Of a stretch of DNA of 64,000 nt, positions 28,446-41,910 are shown piece by piece. The DNA is from Octopus vulgaris (lineage: Eukaryota). The notes under the pieces are model-generated. The model ran no database searches and had not been told where the DNA came from. It saw only the letters and a program-made list of their open reading frames with translations. The DNA lies in contig OX597815.1 in NCBI GenBank assembly GCA_951406725.2, positions 95,170,001-95,234,000 on the forward strand, written 5' to 3'. A program made the position numbers and the translations under genes. Within the stretch, counting starts at the first letter, position 1; each line of letters opens with the position of its first letter.

Positions 28446-28528
28446 TGACTACACGTGTTTCGTGGCTATATTTAAGAACTGATAACAGTAAAATCAATTC
28501 AATTTAAATATAGCCACACTTCAGGTCA
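28446..28528 (-). ncRNA. Type I hammerhead ribozyme with long stem II (A9 position altered)
   Basis: Reverse strand: tgac-CTGAAG-t-gtggctatatttaa...ttaaatatagccac-GAAA-cacgtg-TA-gtca. Stem II is a perfect 14 bp, stem III is the palindrome ACACGTGT, and the site is GUA. Confidence 0.75.
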
Positions 28529-28754
28529 AAGCTAAAAAATGGTATAATTAATTAAATAATTATACGTATATAATTTTGTAAAATACGAAATACCATAACA
28601 AATATATTCTGATGTAAATAAAAATAGAATAAATAGGTATAAATATTTATTATATCTTTAATAATAAAATTTTAACTGATATAAAAAAGAATAATATTCT
28701 ATATCATTACTAGAAAATTAACATAAATTTATTAAAGTATTAAAACAGATATAT

Positions 28755-28828
<74 letters not shown>

Positions 28829-29441
28829 CAAAATGTACATTAAGTAAAAATTAAAATACTATAATTTAATCTATATACATTAAAATAAATTATTCATAGA
28901 TTAATTATTTTTTTTTAATAAACATCCAAGTTAAATCTTATTCTAAGTAAGTACTAGAAACTAAAAAAAAATTCATATTAAGTTATATACATAATGCTAG
29001 TACAAGCTATGAATATTAAAATTAAAAATAGAAAATACACACATATGTAAACTCACTATATTATTAACCTATATATAGTATATATAGATTTAATATTACA
29101 CTCACTTATAGAGTTGAACAAAATATTAATTAATATTAAACTTATTTACTTAAATGTAATACTACGTAACGAATAACCCTCCGAACTATTAAGTAATATA
29201 TTGTCTAAGAAAACTATATCTCAAAGTAAATTATATGTAATACGTAAAATCACATTATAAAAATGATAATAAAGATAATTATAAAAATAATAATAAGCAT
29301 AATAGATTAAATAGATTAAATACGTACCGTGGCTAATAATTATCAAGAAACTGTATATAAATTAATATTTTAACAACAACAACAACAACAACAACAACAA
29401 TAATAATAATAATAATAATAATAATAGTAATAGTAATAGTA

Positions 29442-29495
<54 letters not shown>

Positions 29496-29639
29496 GCTCG
29501 ATAAAATATAAGGCAGTGATGTGTCTCTCGTGGCTTCGGGTTGATGGCGTTTGAATCAGAAAAATGCATGATTTTTATAGCCTTTTCCAATTTTAAGAAT
29601 CAAAATAATAAATCAAATATGACAATAATAGTCAAGGCA

Positions 29640-29930
29640 AAGCGAATTTGATGCCTGATTCATCCATCATGCCCTTTTCATTTCAGTATGATAAAGAAAG
29701 AAGGCGAAAAATTATAAAAATACAATCCCTCCAAGTTTGAAATTGCGGGAAATTAGAATATGAAAACTACAAAAGTTGTCCTTGTAATAAGTGGGGATTG
29801 TGAGTAATAATATAAACAAATGGCTGTAATGTGAGTAATGATATTGTCAGATAGGAATGGAATGTCCCAGAGAGCTTCTGCAAAAAGTTTACCTCTTAGG
29901 AACATCCAGCTGGTGGATGTCTAAGATAGT
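29640..29930 (+). mobile_element. Highly degenerate R4/Dong-type REL fragment
   Basis: KKEGEKL*KYNPSKFEIAGN*NMKTTKVVLVISG...GMECPRELLQKVYLLGTS is similar to the 25880-26070 fragment. Confidence 0.5.
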
Positions 29931-32064
29931 TACCTCACTACCCAAGTAAGTTCTATCAGGAATATAATGAAATATGTGTCAAGTTAAACAACAGTAAGAA
30001 GAATGAGAAGATAGTGAAGATAAAAGGCCTTGGTGACGACGAAGGTAATGGTGGTCGTGGTGCTGATCATGTCCATGAAGATAAAGCTAAAAGGGTAATT
30101 AAATGGAAAACGAAAATAGATAGAATGACAAGAAAATAGAACAAAAACAAGAACAAAAATTTAAAAAATCAACACGATAATGTTGATCAAAGACTAGCTC
30201 TCTTCAAATGTCGGTCGAAATTGAATGCATCAAGTGTAGACTTAAGATGTGTGCCGAAGTCGCCGTATAAAATAGGAAGATTTACTAAAAAACTCCATCA
30301 AGATATATCAATTCTAAATCAAAGACTGAGACACACACACACATATACACAACTGAATATAGATCTGAATAATTGAAGCAGGAAATATAGAGCATAAAGA
30401 GACGAATGAGAAATCTCAGCAGATTGCTATAGTCTTATCAGAATAGTGTTAGGAAGAGACAAAATGCAAGAGAAAAAAAGAATCGAAATAATTGCTATAA
30501 ATACTCAAGCTATCTTAATAATTAGCCAGAATTTAAATGAAATAAAATGTTAATCAAGTGAACAAATAACCGTAGACAGAAACACATAAAAGAAAACTAT
30601 TGCAAAAAATCTCACTATATAACCCTCAATCAGGGATGTAGCGAGGAAGGAATTCCAATTAAGATCAGAACTTTGCAAATAGAGAATTACTTGAAAATAA
30701 CTATAGTTGGAGTAAGAAATTATCGCGCAGAACATAAAAGCTGATTTTACAAACTAATTAAGCAAATGCAGAAAACGCAATGAAAGAAAAGATTTTCTAT
30801 AGATTAGGAAGCAATTAGGATGTATAGATGCAGGAAATATTGACGCAAGCTCCAATAAGGATAGCATACCAGCCAACAAAACAAAGATACATAAAACAGC
30901 AAAAATAAAAATAAAGTCCAATAATTTTCGAGTACATAGCTATAAAAGGTGGTCGTAAAAAAAAATAAAAGTGGTTAGTATGGGTAGTCAGAAAGCTGAG
31001 TGCTTGAATAAAGATGCACAAGATTCGATTATATAAGCAGGAAGCTGTTTTAGATTCATAATCAACCATGACGGGTTAACAGTCGAGTGTGTATTGCAGT
31101 ACTCTCATATGTCAAAAATAGCGCAAATTCTCTTTCAAATCACACCATACTTCTTTAAATGGGAAGGACAGATTGTGTTATGCAAAACAATGGACCTATA
31201 AGAAAATGAGATGGCCATTGTACGAAGAGTCTACTGAATGGAGCTTGATCTGGAGCTAAGCAATAGCCACTATAACAAGAGCAACGACAACAACAACAAC
31301 GACAACAACAAGCACTACTTCTCTTATTACTACTAGTCCTACTGTAGTTGCTGTTGCAACAGGTCCCATAATGAAACGACGGTGGCGCCCAGGCGTCCTA
31401 TTAAGTCAAATATCTTCGATTATTGCCAATGCTGACTTTGAAAATTAAGCATACAACATAGCGAATCAAACGAGAGGATTAACATAACTGCATAAACGGG
31501 ATTATCAGACCTGATCAAAGTGAGACAACTTGTGCTAGATGTATTTAGTATGCACAAGAAAGCAATTACAGTCTTGGCTAAGACTAAATCTGTATCCAAC
31601 GACTAAAATTCACATAATCCTGAATTACACTTCCGCGTAACCATAAGAAAATTAAAGGAACGTGTGTAGATATTATTTATTAAAGATAAAATAAGATAAT
31701 TCAAATAGTAAAAGCAAGACAACAAGAAGTAATTTTTAGCTTTTTATCTACGTCTTTATATTTTCTGAGTTCAATATCTTTCGTTCAACATCTTTCGAAG
31801 TTTCAATAATGCAATCTGTCTGTTCAATTGCATCATCTGTACTGAAATGTAATTAATCAAACTCAAATCAATCCCTGACAACAAAAAGAGTATTTTAAGG
31901 AAAAAAGGCAAATGGAAAGGAAAAATGTCCTAAGGGTCGTTTGAATTCATATCATAAAAAAAAAAATTAATGAAACTTCTTAATATTTAAGTTAAAACTG
32001 ATAAAGTAGTGAAATGTCATTATTCTATTTATTCAATATTGCTGATAAATTCTTTGATACTTTT

Positions 32065-32270
32065 CTCCTTTTACTTCTTTCAGTCATTTGGGTGTGGCTA
32101 TGCTGGATCATCGCCTTTAGTCGAACAAATCGATCCCAGAACTTATTCTTTGTAAACCTACTGCTTATTCCATCGGTCTCTTTTTGCGGAACCACTAAGT
32201 AACGGGGACATAAACACAGCAACATTGGTTGTGAACCGATGGTGGGGGTACAAACGCAGACACAAATAAC

Positions 32271-32323
<53 letters not shown>

Positions 32324-32460
32324 CAACGGGCTTCTTTCAGTTTCCGTCTACCAAATCCACTCACATGGCATTGGTCGGTCCAAGGCTATAGTAGAAGACA
32401 CTTGCTCAAGGTGCCATGCAGTGCGACTGAACCCGGAACCACACAGCCACTCCTGCGCCT
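32065..32460 (-). mobile_element. Full-length SINE family B (CORE-like) with internal microsatellite
   Basis: Reverse strand: aggcgcaggagtggctgtg..ggttccgggttcagtc..caccttgagcaagtgtcttctactatagcc..(TA)n..tail. Very similar to 41484-41910. Confidence 0.9.
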
Positions 32461-32895
32461 ATATGTTTGAGGATCTTTAATTCCTCATGCTAAGTCCTAG
32501 CAATGTACATTTGATTGATATTACATGAAATAGGACTGGATGCTGCGTTGAAATAATCTGGAGGTTATGACAAAACCTAAGTTAGAAAAGTCAGACACTC
32601 TCATAAAAATATGCTATTCTGCAGTCAATAATATAACTAACAATGTATTTTCCGAATTAGAGTGCTAGTATGCTACTTGTTATAATTTTAGAAATTTGGG
32701 GAAATAGTTTTTCCATTGTGGCTTTGTGTATATCAAACGATCAGCAATTTGTTTGTGATCTCATCTACTGATGTAATGAGGGTTTCTGACTATTTGTTTT
32801 TTTACGTTCGGATCTACCACATTTCTATGTTTTGACTTCATGAAGTGTTTCTAATTTCATACATAAACACAGAGACATGCTGATACCCACGCGCA

Positions 32896-32946
<51 letters not shown>

Positions 32947-33261
32947 ACATCGAAACAAACATAGACACAGATGCACTCACTTTCTCTAGCACATATAGCA
33001 TAATTTGTAGAAATGAAAGTAGGCGGAGAGAAGATAGAGAACAAATGATAGCAGAAACCAAAATATTGGTTGAAATAGTATGGAAGGTGTACTAAATTAG
33101 TAGAAATTGAATGAAACAGAAACCATGCAAAGGATGGAAATACTCCAACGATGACTGAAAATGATGACGTTAAAATACACAGAACTGCACACACACACAC
33201 AGATAGAAACACACAGACATATTGTATGTATATATATTTATCTATACACACACATATTCTT

Positions 33262-33656
33262 GTTGCTTAGTCCACTCATTTGACTGCGGCCATGCTGTGG
33301 CACTGCCTTCAAGGTTTTTAGTCGAATGTATCTACTCTAGGACTTATTTTGTAAAGTCTGGTACTTGTTCTATCGATCGTTCTTACCGAAATGCCAAATT
33401 ACGGGGACGTAAACATACCACCACCGGATGTCAAGTGGTGGTAGAGGACACACATAGACACAGACACACACGCATATATATATACATGCATGTATATAGG
33501 ACGGGCTTCTCTTAATTTCCCTCTATCATATCCACTCTCAAGTTTTGGTCGGCACGTGGGTATAGTAAAAGACACTTGTCCAAAGTGTTACGCAGTGTGG
33601 CGGAACCCAGAGCCATGTGGTTGAGCAGCAAGCTTCTTACCACACAGCTGCGCCTA
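33262..33656 (-). mobile_element. Full-length SINE family B
   Basis: Same head, core, microsatellite and tail order (gcagctgtgtggtaagaagcttgct...; tttgactgcggccatgctg). Confidence 0.85.
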
Positions 33657-35494
33657 ATTTTATAACTATATTGTCTGTTCCCCTTCCTCTCATTTCATCA
33701 TGAGTATGATTTGAGGAATATTTGATTTTTATAGTGAATCCTGGTTGTGTACAGACTCCAAATGTGGATATGTATCACTTGGATTGCCAGATTTTATTTC
33801 CGAAATTAGAAGTAACTGATAATCGAAAATAAGTGTTTACTACTCGCAGCTCTCACGGACCATAATTACTTTAGCTGACCACAAGAACGATCATTTAGTC
33901 CCAAAATGTAACAAACCTTTAAGTGTTTCAGAAAAAAAGTTTTAAGAAAGGAAATTGTGTTGTTGATTGAGGATTAGGTATCTACCTTATTGGTAACTAA
34001 ATTGTGCAATTTCATTCAGTGCTTGTTACATGTCAATAAATTACTTCCACGTTTATACTTCGCATACATGTTCGTGTAATACATGAGTATTTCTGATTTT
34101 GTACTGATAAAAATATCACTTCGAAGATAATTATATTTGTGAATACTTTATTTAATAAAACTACATATTACTTTTCTATGTCTTCAAGGAATATCTTATT
34201 TACGCGTCTCTAGCTGGTCTGATCTTGACAAATGTAGGCATTTCATTTAATTTCCCATATTAATAACCTTATTTTTGAAAATAATAAGATTCTTTTGTGT
34301 AGGCGCTGGAAGGTAGACACAATAATTACAAGCTATAGAAATCGTTTATAATCTGATATATTGCTTTTGTTGACATATTGTAGCCTACTTATGGCATTTT
34401 ATGTTTGCCTTAAATATTTGAAAAGAATTTAATATATTTACGGATGTTTTCTAATTACTGAAACACAAGTGTGTATCAAAAGTTAAATGCGCAATACATT
34501 GTTGTTTATTCCAGGAAACAATTTCGCGAATAAATTTACAACCAAACTATCTATTTGGATTTTCAATTTGAGAGCAAAACGAGAATCAATCGCAATCATA
34601 TGACATGGAACCTTATCAGATATGTAATACTGGGAATAGTTATAGTTTTTAAATCAATGCTTAATTTTCATTCCATGTGAATTTGGAAGCCCATAATTTG
34701 TCATTGCTATTTGTTATCTATGCTTTAAATGTGGACGAGGAGCTAACATTAGTAGTCTACTTGCCTGATAGTCTACAGTTTTTAACGCATGAGTGATCTT
34801 GGATGCTCTTTCTAGATTGAAAGGCTGTTGCAAATCACGCCGAATTCCACTCCTCTACTGTTGATAAACTAAGCTGAAGTGCCGTTTAATAGTGTTAATT
34901 CCTTCCTTAAAAAAATCTGAGACGTAAAAAATTGTAGTTACTTTTGAAAGGAGAGGAGTTGTTTCAGTTTCATAGTGATTGAGCATATAGCATATAACAT
35001 ATAACCGGAAACTCTCATGCTATGCTCATATCCTTTAATTTATTTATTCAGCAATTTTCTATGCAGGCATACAATGTTCAGACGTTATTTTAAATATATA
35101 TTCAGAGGATTTGAAGGATATTTGGTGGATCATTTTCTGTTTGGCTGCCACTTTTCAATTTCTTCAATTTTGTTCCAGTTGATTTCCTATTTGGTGTATT
35201 GATGTTTTTGGTGTAATTTGGTATGTTAATTATTGACATGAAATTTATTTTCGCCATACATTGATAAATAAAGAGTTAATAGCTTTAAAGTTTGATAATT
35301 TTGGGTAATTTTATTCAATCGAAACCCACATATATATAAGTGTCACTTTCCATAGTAACAAGCCATGCTGTTGCCAAGCTGCTTACCCCTACGTTGCTGT
35401 CCTGTCAAGCCACGTTGTCATTTTTTGTTTATTAAATACTTAAAACACGAGGTAAAATGTGGTTCTAAGATATTCTAAAAATAACAGCTGACTA

Positions 35495-35850
35495 GGCCTT
35501 AAACCCCGTATGAATTTGTTTCTGGTTTTTGCATAATCGTATGAATTTCCGCGTGTAGAATACAAATTCGCCTAAATTTTCTGAAAATTCCAACAAATAA
35601 AAAAGTTATAAGGGGTTTATCTGGCGTGCGTAAAGCGGAAATCCGCCATTGTTTCATTTGCTTACAGTTTGATATTAAACAGGTGCTACCGGGCGCAATA
35701 CTGTGAACACGTGCAGTCATGCACAAAGTGACAGCTTCCAAGTCCTGTTTCTGACTGGGTACAAATTATCAAAATTTAAGCCTCCGTAACCTTTTTAAAT
35801 AATTTTTCTGAAGCAAGTGAATCAGCGGGGAAAATTACATCAATATATCA
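35495..35850. mobile_element. Possible degenerate MITE/DNA-transposon remnant
   Basis: Internal inverted match aaaaagttataagggg / cctccgtaaccttttt around a GC-richer core. Termini not resolved. Confidence 0.3.
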
Positions 35851-35879
35851 AATGTGAAAATTTTTATTTAATTTCAAAA

Positions 35880-36035
35880 ACATTATTTACATTATTTACA
35901 TTTGACGGATATTTTACCTCATCTTGCTTGTTGTTAACACAACAGTTCGGGTAATATACCGTCCAGCCTCCATCAGGTGTCTTGGGGACTCATTCTTAAG
36001 GTATATTTCGATGTTGTTGTTGTTACTATTATTAC

Positions 36036-36074
<39 letters not shown>

Positions 36075-36275
36075 CATGAATATTATTCAGGTCATTGCCT
36101 GGAATTGAACTAGGAATCTTGATGCTAGTTGTCCGCGGTCTTAATCACTACGTCATATGCCCGCTGGAGGTTTTATCAGCCGAAACGTGTTAACAACAAA
36201 GATGAGGACAAATATCCATCAAATGTAAATAATGTAAATAATATACATAATTCCTCATCTCTTAAATATAGAACT
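35880..36275 (-). mobile_element. Composite element: tRNA-like head + (AAT)n + degenerate hammerhead tail, with an inverted copy of the tail
   Basis: Head 36162-36097 (gggcatatgacgtagtgattaag...agttcaattccaggc). Hammerhead remnant 35936-35981 (acac-CTGATGG-a-ggctgg..GAA..gtgt). Arms 35882-35967 and 36163-36242 are inverted repeats, and the right arm keeps gctg..cagcc-GAAA-cgt. Confidence 0.7.
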
Positions 36276-38872
36276 ATAATTTCAAAAAGTGCAATCAAAC
36301 AGAAAATATCCTATTTGGCTACTCTTTCAAGTAGATCGATAACAGCTTAATCTCTCTCTCAATGGCTTTCTTAGCAACGACTGAATGGAGTACATTCCAG
36401 TTATACACAAGATCATTCGCTTCGTTGAATATCAAACTGATAAATAATAAAGAGTTTCTGAATGCACTTTGCATTTGTTTTGACTAGGCTTAAGTCCAGA
36501 AACTTAAAGTAACATGGCCATTTTGTTTAACGTATATAATATTCTCAGAGATATGTATAGACTAAGGAATCTCAATCGGGAATGGAAATGCAGCATTAAT
36601 TCGCTAGATTTTTATTATCTTAATATATGTGACTTTCATATCATTATTGCATGCGAACCTTTAGCAGGTGTAAATTTTATTGCAAGATGAAGCATTTCTT
36701 TTCCAAAGAGTGCTTTCTATAAGTGATTCCTAATGCGATTCGAAACCATGTGGCAATTTTCAAAATCAGGAACTTTCGGTTGTATTTCATCACTATTATG
36801 GACAAATATAACGCAGCAAGAAATGATTCTTGATTTCATGATCAACACAATCCTAATATTTAGAAAATTACCGCATTTGCCTTAGAGAAAGAAATTAATA
36901 ATTTTAGTTCTTTTGTGAGAGATTGGTAGCAGGAAAAATAAAAGTTTGATTGATAGTATGGTCTTTTCAGATATTCAACTGCCATAATATTATTAATTAG
37001 ATATATTATTGTGGTTTAAATGTATTAACTTGAAATTTGAAACAGCCGGCGAAATATCGAAGTATTTTCCACTTGAAAAGTAATGAGGCAGTGTAGAAGT
37101 ACCTGATCGATATATACTTTAAATAATAGCAACAAAAAAAATCAAGCATTTATTATTAGTATGCCAGAATAATCAATAGCCGATTATAAAACATCAGAAA
37201 GTAAGCATTCTAATTTTGTTCCATTTATAAATATATACAGCTCTTTATTGTATTTCTGGCATTATATTCATTAGAATAATAAAAATGACGTGTGTTCTCG
37301 ATTTCAAATGTTCAGAGTTATTTAATCTTATTGTGTTAGGACAATTTGTTTACAGATTCTATTTCTTTTGACAGAATCCTTTCGGGATTGTGCATTTTAG
37401 GTAATAATTAACAGCGATATCATGTTCAATACATTCGTACTTGCGCATTGTTACGTTAAGCCCCTAATATCATACATTACATATTGAGCAAAAACAATAC
37501 AAAACATGTTACTTCAGAAAGACTCAAACTACTGTGATAAGAGGGAAATATTAACTCTATTTAAATATTGTTATGGTAGATAGGAGAGAGTGCTCTGAAA
37601 TTACAATTCATTAAAATGAATATTTAGCGTTAGAAGTGATTAAAATTTCGTTATTATTAGACCTTCTCGACAAAGTATATGGTTTTGTACTTTCCAGACT
37701 GGTGATAATTAAAACGAATAAATAAATGACTGAGGTAAATTTCATAATGTTTTACGAGTTTACTGTTTGTGTAATTACAGATTACAACTCACCTAATACA
37801 GTGAGTCTGAAGTATTCTCTTTTATTCTCTTAGCGTAGTACAGATAAAAATATATTTGATAGGAATATATTCAAATAATTTTGTCTGCATTGAGACAAAT
37901 GTTTTACAAGACTAATATACCTGACTGATTTCTTAGTGAACAATCTATTGAGCTATTAAATGTTTTCCTCTCTGGTTCACCGAATTACAGAAGGTAAATG
38001 TTAAAACGAGATACAAGATAATAGTCATATTAAGTTATTGGTTCCCGAAATAAAAAAAACGAGTCCGGCTGTTTGTTATTAAAAGTATAGAGCAGTTTAA
38101 AATTCAATAAGCTTATTTCATAAGCTGACGAAAGAAAAGAGGAGTATTGAAAAATCTTTAAAGTATCTAGAGAGTAATGATTTGTTTAAAAACGTGTATA
38201 TGTTATACTTTCCTCAAAATATATTACAAATTATGTTAGCGAGACTCAAAAGAAAAATAAAGAGGGTGATCATTTCAATAAATTTAGATGTATATTATGT
38301 TAAATTTATTAGACGATATATTTCATATCTATATGACTGGTGTAGTATTTAATGAAACATTTGCTACTATTTTGTTAGGTTTCTAATTGACACAGGAAAG
38401 AATTATACGTCAACATTTTTCATTTTGAGAAAATGTGTTCCTAAATTTTATGGTATATCTCTGTGTTTGAACTATTTTGTGAGTTACCTAAATAAGTATA
38501 CAAAGAAACTTTTTTGCAGTATACACATATATTTGCAAAATGCTATTTTTTAATAATGATTTAGTAGCTTGTGTACTTAAATTTAATCATGGGAAAACTT
38601 GGTATGAGTTAATTTAAGATGGTGAATATTTAGAAACCGCTGAGCGCCAGATACAATGATACAGTATTTTGTTATGTCTCTCTTCTTGGTTTTATTAAGC
38701 ACTTCCTCAACATTACCTTACAACGTTCCGGGGGTGATAAAATAAAGTACTAGTCAAATACTGGGGTAAGATAAACTACTCTTTCTCATATATTTCATAT
38801 AATTAGTCTATGAAAGAAATAAAATTATGACTGGCAGATGCAAATAATATATATTATTTATGAGTGCCTACA

Positions 38873-39093
38873 AGGCAGCGAGCTGGCAGAAACGTTAGCA
38901 CGCCGGACGAAATGCGTAGCCGTATTTCGTCTACCGTTAAGTTCTGAGTTCAAATTCCGCCGAGGTCGACTTTGCCTTTCTCCATTTAGGGGTCGATAAA
39001 TTAAGTAACAATTACGCACTGGGGTAGATGTAATCGACTTAATCCCTTTGTCTGTCCCCTGTATGTTTAGCCCCTTGTGGGCAATAAAGAAAT
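38873..39093 (+). mobile_element. SINE family A, well-preserved full copy
   Basis: aggcagcgagctggcagaaacgttagc...gagttcaaattccgccgaggtcgactttgcctttc...ggggtcgataaattaagta...ccccttgtgggcaataaagaaat. Confidence 0.9.
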
Positions 39094-39096
39094 AGG

Positions 39097-39256
39097 TATT
39101 TCGTCTGTCGCTACGTTCAAATTCCGCCGGTGTCGACTTTGCATTTTATCGTTTCAGAAGTCGAGTAAATAAGTACCTGTTACACACTGGAGTCGATGTA
39201 ATCGATTTAATCCCTTCCCACCAAATCTGAGGCATTGTGCTTCCAATAGAAAGGAT
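39097..39256 (+). mobile_element. SINE family A, older copy probably interrupted by the preceding insertion
   Basis: gtatttcgtctgtc...gttcaaattccgccggtgtcgactttgc.... The pair is bracketed by the direct repeat tttatgagtgccta (~38857-38870 and ~39256-39269), a probable target-site duplication. Confidence 0.75.
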
Positions 39257-39960
39257 TTATGAGTGCCTATATTAATTTCAACTATCACATTTCCTCATAA
39301 AATCGTACATGTAATTATGAGTAACTTACACATTTCTTTTCAAGCTTGTGATTTATCGAAATCCTTCAATACTATAAAATAGTTGTATACAATTGTTACA
39401 TCTCACATCTTATAGTACTCTTACCGGTCTTCCTAAATGTAATTTTGACTGAATAATGTACAAATAAAGAAAAAAGAGATTAAAAAAAAAATGATACATG
39501 GACGTTAAAAAATTCAGGTTGTCTCTGTGGTGTTTAAACCAACGAATACTAAAAAAATGTCCCTTATTAGGTATGATTGACTGAAAGCAGACCATAAATA
39601 CTTTATGAAGAAATAAATTAATGCCTATTTTACAAATGTTATTAGGTGAAAGCGAGTAAAATATATTTAAACAAGAATGGGAGCTATAGCACAGTGACGG
39701 TTTTAACCTCCAGGCAATAAACAAATACTGTCTCATAATTAACAGTAAATGGTTTCGAAGATTAATTTTTTTACAGATCATCAAAGTATTTGCAACAAGG
39801 AAATTGAAATTTTAACTGTTGGAATAAGATCTACGAAAATAGATGTAGTTAATTTAAGTTCCAGATATCATCTCCAATGCTTCATCAAATTTCAGAAATT
39901 GTTAGTGCTGTGTGGCGCTGAAGCCTGCTTCATTGATCAGCCTAACCAGCAAATGTAACT

Positions 39961-40032
39961 AATGTAACTATTATTCCAGCTACAAATGTAACTATTATTC
40001 CAGCTACAAATGTAACTATTATTCCAGCTACA
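39961..40032. repeat. 24-bp minisatellite, ~3 copies
   Basis: Unit caaatgtaactattattccagcta repeated head-to-tail with no spacers. Confidence 0.9.
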
Positions 40033-41483
40033 CCTTGCATCTGTCAGGCCGAGATCAATATTAAACATTTCCACAAGGGGTAGGGAATTCTTTGGAACAT
40101 AATGTGACATTTAGGATATATATTCAGTCCAGTTCCCAGTTCACTTGTGTATGCTCGTTGTTCTTTTTGTAAGTATAAATCCTGTTGATATTGCTCTTGT
40201 TAAGTTAGTCAGGAACAAACAGATCTCTGAACAAAATACGATGAAGGGCTGAGCATTCTATATTTCCTTCAGTAATACGCCGGGCTATGTTAATTATTTA
40301 TTGTATCATCATACAGACAGTAGGGAATATTTTAGAGGAAACGTCGTTGCTAATTCTTGTAGGCTGGGTGAGAATTAAGCTGCTTGCTCATTACTTTGTT
40401 TCTGTACATAGATTCATATGGTAGTGACAGAGGAACCGGGTAAGTACGATACGATCAGAATATAACAGTTGTTGTTCTACTACATTTAATTATCTGCTTA
40501 GATGCCATCCATGTGTTGGCGCACAAGCTCTCGTACGGAATTAAATAACTATGAGGTGTATACGAAATAAGTATCTTCATTGCAAGTAGAGATATAATAT
40601 TTTCAAGTGGCACCGTTATGGGTAAAGCAATATTTTACTAAATTTTACAAAATTAGTATGAAATTACTTCGATATATTTTATGTATGAATATATATAATA
40701 TATTTTATGTATGCTTGTGTATAAATATCATGAACATTTATGCAAACTTCTGATACTCCAACCATAAGTATGCAAATGTCTGTAAATGTTAAGTTTGATA
40801 AACATACTTATTTATTATACTTAAAAATATGTAACAAATGCCCTATATTATTGGTAATAACGCATCTTAAAAATCTGGGTAGTCGTTCACATATAGTGTG
40901 ACCGTATTCCGTTTTTGTACTCACTGTATTGATATCCACCTTATGGGAGTCAATCAGTAAGTACTTCGTTATTCAACCTGTTGACGCACTAGAATGTATT
41001 TCACTTTCATTTAAGTTAACATGCTACTCAGTAGTCAGTTAGTGCAATCCTACATTCTTACTATTCATTATGTCAGAGCTGTCACCGAGTCAAAGATCAG
41101 TCTACCTCATCGCTGCATTTTGTCCCTTTTTAAACTTATTACCTGGACTTTATCATCTTTCGTACTTGACTAATAATATTGTTTCAGAAAGGGAATAATT
41201 TTCATAAATTATAATGCATTGACACACAACACGCAGCGGGCTGGAACCCACGTTACTATAAGTTAATTTGGTTTAGTAAATTAAGAATGCAGCTGAAGTG
41301 AGAAATTGGCACACATCAGGAGAACTATTACCAAATCAATATTGACCATATTCTGAAACTCTTTCTTTGCGTGAACAATGAGACTTCTTATAGTGTCAGT
41401 TGATCCACTAGAAAACACGGTAAATTCTCCCTGGAACACTATCCATTCTTTCGGTTGAGACATTTGCAGCTGGAACACTGAGT

Positions 41484-41910
41484 TTACTCTTTTACTTGTT
41501 TCAGTCGTTTGACCTTGGCCATGCTGTAGCACCGCCTTTAGTCGACCAAATCGACCCAAGGACTTATTCTTTGTAAGCCTAGTACTTATTCTATCGGTCT
41601 GTTTTGCCGAACCGTTAAGTTATCGGGATGTAAGTACACCACCATTGGTTGTCAAGCGATGCTGAGGGGGGGGGGGGGACAAACAGAGACACACAAACAA
41701 ACAAACACACACATACACACACACACACACACACATATTTATATATATATATGTACATATACACGACGGGCTTCTTTCAGTTTCCATCTACCAAATCCAC
41801 TCATAAGGCTTTGGTCGGCCTGAGGCTATAGCAGAAGACACTTGCCCAAGGTGCCACGCAGTGGGACTGAACCCGGAACCATGTGGTACCACACAGCCAC
41901 TCCTACGCCT
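41484..41910 (-). mobile_element. Full-length SINE family B
   Basis: Reverse strand: aggcgtaggagtggctgtgtggtac..ggttccgggttcagtcccactgcgtggcaccttgggcaagtgtcttctgctatagcctc. Confidence 0.9.

Noticed and set aside
39961-40032. 24-bp repeats as a possible CRISPR array
   Set aside because: There are no spacers, no cas genes, and the context is eukaryotic. It is a plain minisatellite.
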